This document shows, piece by piece, positions 18,422 to 26,512 of a stretch of DNA of 64,000 bases. The stretch is taken from contig CAZSQS010000001.1 of NCBI GenBank assembly GCA_964608995.1, positions 130,659 through 194,658 of the forward strand, in the 5' to 3' direction. The position numbers and the translations under genes were made by a program. The stretch comes from an uncultured Smithella sp. (GTDB lineage Bacteria > Desulfobacterota > Syntrophia > Syntrophales > Smithellaceae). Under the pieces are notes generated by a model, which was given only the letters and a program-made list of their open reading frames with translations, had not been told where the DNA came from and made no database searches. The number at the start of each line of letters is the position of its first letter. The first letter of the stretch is position 1.

Positions 18422-19438
18422 CTAGATGCCGGAGGTTCTCCACGTCAAAGCGTCGCTCGGTCTCTTGATGTAAGTCTTCCAGCGGGTGTCGCCATCGAGA
18501 TACGTCTTCTGGAAGGCCAGGGCCAGAGCGCCTGCGTTCGGTGCGAAAACCGTATCCGGCCCGCCCCAATCAAAGTGACCGGCAATCGAGATGACATAAA
18601 GCGCTTTTGGAATACCGCGCGGAATCGCGTTGTAAACGCTTTCCGACTGATACATGCCGCCCAGAACCGTCAAATCCGTTGCGCCGTTCATGAGCAGCAT
18701 CGGGCACTTGGTGTAGCGGCCGCTTTTGTAAATACTGGTTGCGGACAGGTTGTGGCCCGCCAGAGACATGGCCGTTTTCGGACCGGTTTTGGCTGCGTTA
18801 ATCCAGGTGGCGCCGCCGCCCATCGACCAACCCAACAACCCGATTCTGCTGGTGTCGAGTTTGCCCTTAAGCGCATGGCCGTTGCGGGTGTTGAGTTTCT
18901 TGAGCGCATTGTAGGCGCTCCACTGCAGGGAGGCTCTCAGATCCACGGTATCCATCGTGGTGGCCGAATCGCAGTTCACATAAACGATGCCGTGCGAGGC
19001 AAAGAAGGGGCCCCAGTCGGAGTTCGCCGCCTGTGTTCCCATGAAGGGCTGCATGAAGATGAGGGCGGAGAAAGGCGGCGTGGCGTTTTGCGGAATGTAG
19101 ATGGACGCGCTGGCTGTAAATCCGGGGAAGTCACTGGTTCTGCTGGAGCCGTAAGGGCCGCTTTTGCTTGTCGATTTTGGTGTATCATCGCGGCAGATCG
19201 CGCCTGCGGGGCATCCGGGAATCGATCCGGACGAGCTCGATGAACTGGACGAACTCGATGAGCTCGTGGAGTACCACCACGACGAACCTGACGACGAACT
19301 GGACGAACTCGATGAACTGGAGGAACTGGTGGAGAACCACCACTGGGCATCACAGGTTGACGCGGTTGCGCCCGCTAAAAACAGGCACACAAACGACAGA
19401 ATTAAAAAACTCGTAACTGACTTTCTTTTCATAACCAT
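18422..19438 (-). CDS. Secreted PETase/cutinase-like (polyesterase-lipase-cutinase family) alpha/beta hydrolase, copy 1, with WW-polySer N-terminal tether (homologous start 19432)
   Basis: Signal peptide; WGPFFASHG, GKLDTSRIGLLGWSMGGG nucleophile elbow, NGATD (Asp), AGHF (His), LDGDTRW. The motifs are collinear with Ideonella PETase (WGPRLASHG, GKVDTARMGVMGWSMGGG, MDNDTRY), recalled from memory. Confidence 0.88.
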   Translation of the reverse strand: MVMKRKSVTSFLILSFVCLFLAGATASTCDAQWWFSTSSSSSSSSSSSSSGSSWWYSTSSSSSSSSSSSSGSIPGCPAGAICRDDTPKSTSKSGPYGSSRTSDFPGFTASASIYIPQNATPPFSALIFMQPFMGTQAANSDWGPFFASHGIVYVNCDSATTMDTVDLRASLQWSAYNALKKLNTRNGHALKGKLDTSRIGLLGWSMGGGATWINAAKTGPKTAMSLAGHNLSATSIYKSGRYTKCPMLLMNGATDLTVLGGMYQSESVYNAIPRGIPKALYVISIAGHFDWGGPDTVFAPNAGALALAFQKTYLDGDTRWKTYIKRPSDALTWRTSGI

Positions 19439-19648
19439 TTCCCTTCCGTTGAATGATAAGAGTTTTTTTGTTTTCGCGGCCCTTGCACTCTAATCCTCAG
19501 ATGGCAAAGTTCGCCCCTTTACGCGTTGTCTGTTTTCGGCCTTGGCTGACCCCCTGTTTCCAATAGTCCCTTTATCTCAAATAATAAAGTGGTAACGCTG
19601 TTTCGTTTTTACTATTTCCTGCAAATATTTAAATATATTTTATAAAAT

Positions 19649-19664
19649 TGCATGAAGTGTGCCA
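19649..19664 (-). promoter_or_regulatory. Sigma-54 (-24/-12) promoter of hydrolase copy 1
   Basis: Minus strand TGGCACACTTCATGCA = GG-N10-GC with TGGCAC; about 210 nt upstream of the start. Confidence 0.8.
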
Positions 19665-19760
19665 TGTTTGCTATAGTCATGTTATGTATCTGTATCTTTT
19701 AACGTATTTAATTATACGATGAACGGACGTTCATTTTTGCTTTTCAAAACCGTCTCAAAA

Positions 19761-19813
19761 GTGTTTCGTAAAAATTAAAAATGGGACACAAAATGGGACA
19801 CATTGTGGGGCGT
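19761..19813. promoter_or_regulatory. Candidate enhancer (UAS) array for a sigma-54 activator, copy 1
   Basis: GTGTTTC at 19761; ATGGGACAC at 19781 and 19793 (12-bp period); degenerate third unit at 19805. Confidence 0.6.
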
Positions 19814-19880
19814 TTTATCCGGACGCAGGCATTTCCCGACCTTTCAGTGAGGCTTGTCACGCAAAAAATTGTCACAAAGT

Positions 19881-19915
19881 AAAAAAATCCGGGTGGATGT
19901 GAAATCCACCCGGAT
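19881..19915 (-). terminator. Intrinsic terminator of hydrolase copy 2
   Basis: Minus strand ATCCGGGTGGAT-TTCAC-ATCCACCCGGAT followed by TTTTTTT; homologous to 18333-18365. Confidence 0.85.
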
Positions 19916-19965
19916 GGGGTTTATACCTCTATATGAAAGCAGAGGGGTTGTAAGGTTGACCGGGT

Positions 19966-20958
19966 CTAGATGTCGGAGCTTCTCCACGTCAAGGAATCGA
20001 GCGGTCTCTTGATGTAAGTCTTCCAGCGGGTGTCGCCATCGAGATACGTCTTCTGGAAGGCCAGGGCCAGAGCGCCTGCGTTCGGTGCGAAAACCGTATC
20101 CGGCCCGCCCCAATCAAAGTGACCGGCAATCGAGATGACATAAAGCGCTTTTGGAATACCGCGCGGAATCGCGTTGTAAACGCTTTCCGACTGATACATG
20201 CCGCCCAGAACCGTCAAATCCGTTGCGCCGTTCATGAGCAGCATCGGGCACTTGGTGTAGCGGCCGCTTTTGTAAATACTGGTTGCGGACAGGTTGTGGC
20301 CCGCCAGAGACATGGCCGTTTTCGGACCGGTTTTGGCTGCGTTAATCCAGGTGGCGCCGCCGCCCATCGACCAACCCAACAACCCGATTCTGCTGGTGTC
20401 GAGTTTGCCCTTAAGCGCATGGCCGTTGCGGGTGTTGAGTTTCTTGAGCGCATTGTAGGCGCTCCACTGCAGGGAGGCTCTCAGATCCACGGTATCCATC
20501 GTGGTGGCCGAATCGCAGTTCACATAAACGATGCCGTGCGAGGCAAAGAAGGGGCCCCAGTCGGAGTTCGCCGCCTGTGTTCCCATGAAGGGCTGCATGA
20601 AGATGAGGGCGGAGAAAGGCGGCGTGGCGTTTTGCGGAATGTAGATGGACGCGCTGGCTGTAAATCCGGGGAAGTCACTGGTTCTGCTGGAGCCGTAAGG
20701 ACCACTCTTGCTTGTTGATTTTGGTGTATCCTCGCGGCAGATCGCGCCTGAGGGACATCCGGGAATCGATCCCGACGAACTCGATGAGCTCGATGAACTG
20801 GTGGAATACCACCACGTTGAACCTGATGATGAGCTCGATGAGCTGGAGGAACTGGTGGAGAACCACCACTGGGCTTCACAGGTTGACGCGGTTGCGCCTG
20901 CTAAAAACAGGCACACAAACGACAGAATCAAAAGGTTTTTAACTGACTTTCTTTTCAT
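19966..20958 (-). CDS. Secreted PETase/cutinase-like alpha/beta hydrolase, copy 2
   Basis: Same motifs as copy 1; catalytic core identical; shorter Ser runs; different C-terminal tail (RPLDSLTWRSSDI versus RPSDALTWRTSGI). Confidence 0.88.
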   Translation of the reverse strand: MKRKSVKNLLILSFVCLFLAGATASTCEAQWWFSTSSSSSSSSSSGSTWWYSTSSSSSSSSSGSIPGCPSGAICREDTPKSTSKSGPYGSSRTSDFPGFTASASIYIPQNATPPFSALIFMQPFMGTQAANSDWGPFFASHGIVYVNCDSATTMDTVDLRASLQWSAYNALKKLNTRNGHALKGKLDTSRIGLLGWSMGGGATWINAAKTGPKTAMSLAGHNLSATSIYKSGRYTKCPMLLMNGATDLTVLGGMYQSESVYNAIPRGIPKALYVISIAGHFDWGGPDTVFAPNAGALALAFQKTYLDGDTRWKTYIKRPLDSLTWRSSDI

Positions 20959-21188
20959 AAATTTTTCCTTCCATCTGAAATAATAAATGATGAATTTCCC
21001 CTTTGCGCAGGCCTCGCTCTCTCATCCTTCAGATCGCCGGGGCTGCCCCTTCTACGCGTTGCCCTCTCAGGTTCCAGGCAATATCAATCGCTATTTTGAC
21101 TGATCTTACCAATAAACAATCTCAAACAATCCGCATGCAGAATTGTTGTGATTGCTCACTGGCCTATCTTATTATTGTCAATATTGTA

Positions 21189-21204
21189 GGCACGATGTAT
21201 GCCA
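21189..21204 (-). promoter_or_regulatory. Sigma-54 (-24/-12) promoter of hydrolase copy 2
   Basis: Minus strand TGGCATACATCGTGCC = GG-N10-GC; same offset to the upstream repeat array as in copy 1. Confidence 0.7.
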
Positions 21205-21300
21205 AAACGTCATGAATTGTTCTATGTATTTGTAATAATTGCATTTATTAAATAAAGCCCTGAAAGAGCCTTCGCGGGTGAACCTGAAGCTGTTTTAAAT

Positions 21301-21353
21301 GTGTTTCATGAATGTCTAAAATGGGACACTTCGTGGGACACAATTTGAGACAT
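21301..21353. promoter_or_regulatory. Candidate enhancer (UAS) array, copy 2
   Basis: GTGTTTC at 21301; ATGGGACAC 21321, GTGGGACAC 21333, TTGAGACAT 21345 (12-bp period). Confidence 0.62.
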
Positions 21354-21560
21354 TTTATTGCGGGTCTTGCAGATTAGACTGTTGATTTGAACGAGATGTT
21401 GCGATTCCATTAAAACTGAAAAAGCGGCCATTGAAAAATTTCAACTGGCAAATGAGTCTCAAATATGTTTCAGTTTGTTGCACTTAAAAATATTAGAAAA
21501 CATAACGAAGGCCGAACGAAAACCCTCTTTTCAGGCGGTAAAAAGGAGAATTCAAAGAAC

Positions 21561-23723
21561 ATGGCCATCAATGTCAAGGAAGAAGCGCCATTATTACAGA
21601 TTGACAGTTTTTCCCTGAAAGATAATACGGAAAACATATCATCCGGATGGGATAAAATGCTGGTGGATGCCATCGACCCCTCTTCGGTCAGCATTCAGGA
21701 TCTCGTCAGCATTGTGCTTTGGTTTCTGGAAAAAACACAGGACGAATGGACGCGGTTCGTCAACGGGGCCGATGATCTGGAGAGTTCCGTCATTCCCGAT
21801 CATATTGCCGAGGCCTGGGGGCGGTGCCGCAGCCGCCGGATGGACCCTTTCATAACGGAGGCGCAAAATCAGGTTTTAACCGGGCAGGCGCTCGAGGCGC
21901 TTCTGACGCAAAACAGGACCCTGATTGAAATCAGCAGGCCCTTCATCACCAAACTTTTCCAATGCACCAATACCACAAGCTTTGGCGTGGCGCTTTTCGA
22001 CCGCGAGGGCTATCTTCTGGACGTTCAGTCGGATGAGCGGTTTGTCTCGGACAACGACAAAACCCGATGGATCTGCGGGGCGCGCTGGGCGGAGCAGGAC
22101 GCCGGGAATAATTCCATCGATTACGTGCTGCGTTATGGAAAGCCGATCCAGGTCCTGTGCACGCAGCATTACCTTCAGCGCCTCAAGGAGGTCACGGCGT
22201 CAAGCGCGCCCATTCATGATCCCGAAGGCGTTTTAATCGGCGGCGTGGCGCTGACCACCTTTTATTTCGGTACGCATCCCCACACACTGGGCATGGCGGT
22301 GGCCGCCGCCCAGGCCATTGAAAATGAGTTGCGCATCACGAAGGCCTTTGCCGAATGCCGGCGGGCTTTTTTTCAGGCGGATATGGCCTACGGCCTGCAA
22401 AAGGCGATTACCGACGCCATGACGGATGCGATTGTCGCCGTAAATACCGAAGGGCGGATCACGGCGATCAATCCCCGCGCCGAACATCTTTTTGGCCTGG
22501 ATTGTGAGGATGTGAAGGGAAAACATCTTCTGGATATCTATCCCGGCGCGGATAACCGCTATTTCTGGGATATTCTGCGCTCCGGCCAGGCCGTAAGCGA
22601 TGCGGAAGTGCAAATCCGCACCCTTTCGGGGAGGGGGGATTATACGCTGACGTGCAATCGCATCCTGTCTTCCGATGGCGCCGCTATCGGCAAAGTGCTG
22701 ATCTTTTCGGAAATTCGGAAAATCAAGTCTCTGGTCAACCGGTTTTCCGGCGCCAGAGCCAATTTCAAGTTTTCCGACATTCAGGGGAAAAACGAGAAGT
22801 TTCGGGCTCTGATCGATCAGGCGGGGATGATTTCAAAAAGCGCCTCCAATGTTTTGCTCCTTGGAGAAAGCGGCTCCGGCAAGGACATTCTGGCGCAGGC
22901 CATTCATAACGAAAGCCCCCGTGCAGACGGGCCCTATATCGCCATCAACTGCGCGGCCATTCCCCGCGATCTCATTGCCAGTGAGCTGTTCGGTTATGAT
23001 GAGGGCGCGTTTACCGGTTCGCGGCGCGGCGGCAATCAGGGAAAATTCGAACTGGCCGACGGGGGCACGATTTTTCTCGATGAAATCGCGGAAACCCCAC
23101 TGGAGCTTCAAGCGGCGCTTCTGCGCGTCATTGAAGACAAGTGCGTGGTCCGCATCGGCGGCAATTCCAACCGGGTGGTGGATGTCCGGATTATCGCCGC
23201 CACCAATAAGGACCTCTTCGAGGAGGTTTCCCGGGGCAATTTCCGCAAGGATTTGTATTTCCGGCTCAACGTGTTCAATCTTCATTTGCCGCCGCTTCGC
23301 GAGCGGACGGACGATATTGCGCTTTTAGTGGAGATATTCATGAAGAAGTATGCGTCCAAAATGGGGAAGTCCCTTCGCGGGGTGGATGATCGGGTGTGGG
23401 AGGTTTTTTTGCAGCATGCCTGGCCGGGCAATATCCGCGAGCTTCAAAATGTCGTGGAGCGCATGGTCAACTTTGCCACATCGGAGCGGTTAACGTATGA
23501 CCTTATTCCGCCCGAGATTACGGGGGTGGCTCGAAAATCCTACGGCAAACTCGATCTGGAATCGCCCGTGGAAACGGAAAAAAGGATGATCCGGCACATG
23601 CTGACGCTTCGCTACAGCCGCCAGAAAATTGCAAAACAGCTTAACGTGTCGCGCGCGACGCTGTTTCGGCGAATGCGCAAATACGGCCTGCTGGAAAAAG
23701 ACTTTCCACAAGATGCGCCCTGA
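21561..23723 (+). CDS. Sigma-54-dependent enhancer-binding protein, GAF-PAS-AAA+-Fis HTH (AcoR/DhaR-like)
   Basis: IAEAWGRCRSRRMDP GAF start, LLLGESGSGKD, ASELFGYDEGAFTGS, LADGGTIFLDEI, RKDLYFRLNV, WPGNIRELQN, IAKQLNVSRATLFRRMRKYG; AAGGAG RBS before ATG 21561. Confidence 0.95.
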   Translation: MAINVKEEAPLLQIDSFSLKDNTENISSGWDKMLVDAIDPSSVSIQDLVSIVLWFLEKTQDEWTRFVNGADDLESSVIPDHIAEAWGRCRSRRMDPFITEAQNQVLTGQALEALLTQNRTLIEISRPFITKLFQCTNTTSFGVALFDREGYLLDVQSDERFVSDNDKTRWICGARWAEQDAGNNSIDYVLRYGKPIQVLCTQHYLQRLKEVTASSAPIHDPEGVLIGGVALTTFYFGTHPHTLGMAVAAAQAIENELRITKAFAECRRAFFQADMAYGLQKAITDAMTDAIVAVNTEGRITAINPRAEHLFGLDCEDVKGKHLLDIYPGADNRYFWDILRSGQAVSDAEVQIRTLSGRGDYTLTCNRILSSDGAAIGKVLIFSEIRKIKSLVNRFSGARANFKFSDIQGKNEKFRALIDQAGMISKSASNVLLLGESGSGKDILAQAIHNESPRADGPYIAINCAAIPRDLIASELFGYDEGAFTGSRRGGNQGKFELADGGTIFLDEIAETPLELQAALLRVIEDKCVVRIGGNSNRVVDVRIIAATNKDLFEEVSRGNFRKDLYFRLNVFNLHLPPLRERTDDIALLVEIFMKKYASKMGKSLRGVDDRVWEVFLQHAWPGNIRELQNVVERMVNFATSERLTYDLIPPEITGVARKSYGKLDLESPVETEKRMIRHMLTLRYSRQKIAKQLNVSRATLFRRMRKYGLLEKDFPQDAP

Positions 23724-23778
23724 CGGGGCGCGCGGCGGCTTTGAAGGCGCCGAAGGCAAGGCGGCCGGGGGGAGTGGC

Positions 23779-26373
23779 TCAGTTTGCCGCCATGGCTTGG
23801 TTCACCTTGCAAACCAGATTTCGGAGGCTGAAGGGTTTTTGCAGAAACTGCACGCCCTCTTCGAGGATGCCGTGACGGGCGATGGCGTCGGCGGTATAGC
23901 CCGACATGAACAGCACCTTGATGTCCGGCCGGATTTCAACCAGTTTGTCTCTTAATTCCCGGCCGCTCATCACCGGCATGACCACGTCGGTGATCACCAG
24001 ATCAATGCAGGTGGCTCTGTCTTGACACAGTGTGATGGCCTCTTGGGGCGTCTGGGGAACCGTGACGGCGTAACCGATGGATTCCAGCATATTTTTCGTG
24101 GCTTCCAAAACCATTCCATCATCTTCCACCAGCACAATGTTTCCCGTTGCCGAAAAGACCGGTTCTTCCGGAATCGCCTGATCGGCAATTTTTATTTCGG
24201 TGGTGCGCGGGAAGTAGATCGTGAAGGTGGTTCCCTGCCCCGGTTCGCTGTAAACGGAAATAAACCCGTCATTTTGCTTGACGATGCCGTAAACGGTGGC
24301 CAGTCCCAGCCCTGTGCCCTTGCCCGCTTCCTTCGTCGTAAAGAAGGGCTCAAAAATATTTTGCTGCATGTCCTTATTCATGCCGACGCCGTTGTCGCTG
24401 ACGCACAGCTGAACGTAGTAGCCGGGTTTCGCGCCGATATGCGCGCGGCAATAGGCCGCGTCCAGCACACAGTTGGCCGTTTCAAGCGTCAGCTTGCCGC
24501 CTGCGGGCATCGCATCCCGGGCGTTGACGGCGAGGTTCATGAGGATCTGTTCAACCTGTGACGGATCGAGTTTGATGGCCCAGAGGTCCTTGCCGGGCGC
24601 ATACTTGAACTGAACATCCTCCCCGATGAGGCGCACCAGCGCCTTTTGCGTATGTGAAACCAGATCGTTGAGATTGATAATTTTCGGGGCGATGATCTGC
24701 TTTCGGGAAAAGGCCAGAAGCTGGGCGGTAATATCGCGGGAACGGATGGCGGCTTTTTCAATTTCCGTGATATCTCTGAGCACGGGATGCTGCTGGGGCA
24801 GGCGCATCTTGGCCAGATCCACATAGCCCAGAATGACGCTCAACATGTTATTGAAGTCATGCGCCACGCCGCCGGCCAGCCGTCCGACGGTTTCCATCTT
24901 TTGCGCCTGGAGCAGTTGGCGCGCCAGTTTTTCTTTTTCTTCAACGGCCCGTCTGCGGGCGGTGATGTCCCGGCCCGCAAGCAATATGCCTGTGGGCCGT
25001 CCTGTATCGCTGCGGGAGAAGGTGGCCGAAACCTCCAGCCAGAGCGTATCGCCGTTTTTATGGTTCAGTTCCATTTCAACGGTTCTGATGCGGTGCGAAT
25101 CCAGGGAGGGGCCGCCCGCTTCACGGGCCAGCGCCGACGCCAGCGCGCTTTTGGCCGATGCGAAGGACTCCGGCGTTAAAAGCCGGTCCATCGGGATGTT
25201 CTCCATGTCTGCGGGCGTATAGCCGGTCAGCCATTTGCACGACGGACTGACGTATGTGCAGTTCAGATCAAGATCCGTCGTCAGGATGATCTCGTGGATG
25301 TTTTCAACGATCATCCGGTAGCGCTGTTCGCTTTCGCGCAGGGCCATCTCCATGGCCTTTTGTTCCGTGATTTTTCGGCCGACCAGGACGATTTCAAAGG
25401 GCCGGCCATGCGCATCGCGGTGAAAATAGGCTGTGAGCTCCTGCCAGAAAGTATGGCCGTCCTTGTGATACATCTCCAGTTCCACACTGACGGACGGCTG
25501 GGGCGCACGCGACGCGCCTTCGCCGAATTCCCGGTCGAAGGCGTCCGCCAGCATTCTTTCCGCCAGCGCATAAGAGGCGGGCGTCATCATTTGATTGAAA
25601 GGCAGGGCGATGGCTTCATCGGGGGTGAAGCCGCTGAAACGGATTTCCGACGGGCTGACGTAAGTCAGGTTGAGCTCGAGATCCATCGTGGAGATCGAAT
25701 CATGCATGTTTTCGATAATCAAGCGGTAGCGCTTTTCGTTGGCCTTGATCATTTCTTCCGTCTGTTTTTGGCGGGTAATGTCCCGCGCGACACCGACGAT
25801 CTCCAGGGGCGCGCCGTTTTCATCCAGGTGAAGCTCGGCGCTGACTTCCGCCCAGAAGCGCTCTTTGTTTTTCTTGGTGATCTGTGTTTTGAAAACGACT
25901 TTTGCGGGGTGTTGACTGCCGCTATGGGCGCAGGCCAGCTCCGAATCCAGGAGCGCCTGCGCTTTGGACCGGGCATCTGGCGGCAGGATATCTTGAATGG
26001 ACTCTCCCAGAAGATCATCGGGACGGACCCCCGCGATGGGCAGGACCGACGGACTGACATACGTTAACCGCCAGTTCAAATCCGCGGTCCAGATGATGTC
26101 AAGCGTGTGATCGGCAATCAGCCCGAGCTGCTTGTCGCGCTCCTGGACGGAACGCTCCGCCCAGGCTTTTTGAGCGGCGTCCTCTTTCAGGCGGGTGCTT
26201 TCAGCGTTATTTTGCGCTGCGGCCGCAAGGCAGGCATTGACGGCCCCGGCGATGGCCCCGAGTTCGTTATCGCCTGCCGTAAAGGACAGCCGGCCTGCGT
26301 AGTCGCCTTTTGCCGCTTTTTCAAGGGATTCAATGATTTGCTTCGCCAGATCCGTCTTGCGTGATGATGTCAT
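23779..26373 (-). CDS. Cytoplasmic hybrid histidine kinase (HAMP-like, 3x PAS, HisKA/HATPase, REC)
   Basis: GGVAHDFNNML H-box, [33 protein letters not shown]; no TM helix evident. Confidence 0.93.
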   Translation of the reverse strand: MTSSRKTDLAKQIIESLEKAAKGDYAGRLSFTAGDNELGAIAGAVNACLAAAAQNNAESTRLKEDAAQKAWAERSVQERDKQLGLIADHTLDIIWTADLNWRLTYVSPSVLPIAGVRPDDLLGESIQDILPPDARSKAQALLDSELACAHSGSQHPAKVVFKTQITKKNKERFWAEVSAELHLDENGAPLEIVGVARDITRQKQTEEMIKANEKRYRLIIENMHDSISTMDLELNLTYVSPSEIRFSGFTPDEAIALPFNQMMTPASYALAERMLADAFDREFGEGASRAPQPSVSVELEMYHKDGHTFWQELTAYFHRDAHGRPFEIVLVGRKITEQKAMEMALRESEQRYRMIVENIHEIILTTDLDLNCTYVSPSCKWLTGYTPADMENIPMDRLLTPESFASAKSALASALAREAGGPSLDSHRIRTVEMELNHKNGDTLWLEVSATFSRSDTGRPTGILLAGRDITARRRAVEEKEKLARQLLQAQKMETVGRLAGGVAHDFNNMLSVILGYVDLAKMRLPQQHPVLRDITEIEKAAIRSRDITAQLLAFSRKQIIAPKIINLNDLVSHTQKALVRLIGEDVQFKYAPGKDLWAIKLDPSQVEQILMNLAVNARDAMPAGGKLTLETANCVLDAAYCRAHIGAKPGYYVQLCVSDNGVGMNKDMQQNIFEPFFTTKEAGKGTGLGLATVYGIVKQNDGFISVYSEPGQGTTFTIYFPRTTEIKIADQAIPEEPVFSATGNIVLVEDDGMVLEATKNMLESIGYAVTVPQTPQEAITLCQDRATCIDLVITDVVMPVMSGRELRDKLVEIRPDIKVLFMSGYTADAIARHGILEEGVQFLQKPFSLRNLVCKVNQAMAAN

Positions 26374-26512
26374 GCGACCAGTACCCGTTTTTATTAAGTT
26401 ATCGGATGCAGGCGCGCTGAACTTAAGTAACGTATGAAAAAAATGGCGGATTGCTTACCCGGATTGACTGTGATAATGCCTCGAATCATTACATTCGGGG
26501 CATGAACATAAA

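Larger units (their letters stand above)
18333..21353. repeat. Tandem duplication of an about 1.54-kb terminator-gene-promoter-enhancer unit (18333-19813 and 19881-21353)
   Basis: Offset of 1544 bp in the coding core, 1548 at the terminators and 1540 at the promoters/enhancers; core about 18459-19156 matches 20003-20700 with no differences seen. Confidence 0.92.

Noticed and set aside
19230-19345. Short repeats (GAACTCGATGA.../GACGAACT...) that superficially resemble a CRISPR or tandem-repeat array; also 20770-20865
   Set aside because: They are the antisense reading of Ser codons in the poly-Ser linkers; there are no unique spacers, constant repeat length or cas genes.
19350-19438. Hydrolases as lipoproteins (Cys in ASTCDAQ/ASTCEAQ)
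   Set aside because: The residues before Cys do not fit the L-[AS]-[GA]-C lipobox; SPase I cleavage before QWW is more plausible. SignalP would settle it.
19440-19640. Long 5' leaders of both hydrolases as possible riboswitches (c-di-GMP-I etc.)
   Set aside because: Some leader similarity exists between copies, but I found no GGCAAAC/GNRA/GACGCAAA-type core or other known aptamer; an Infernal scan would be needed.
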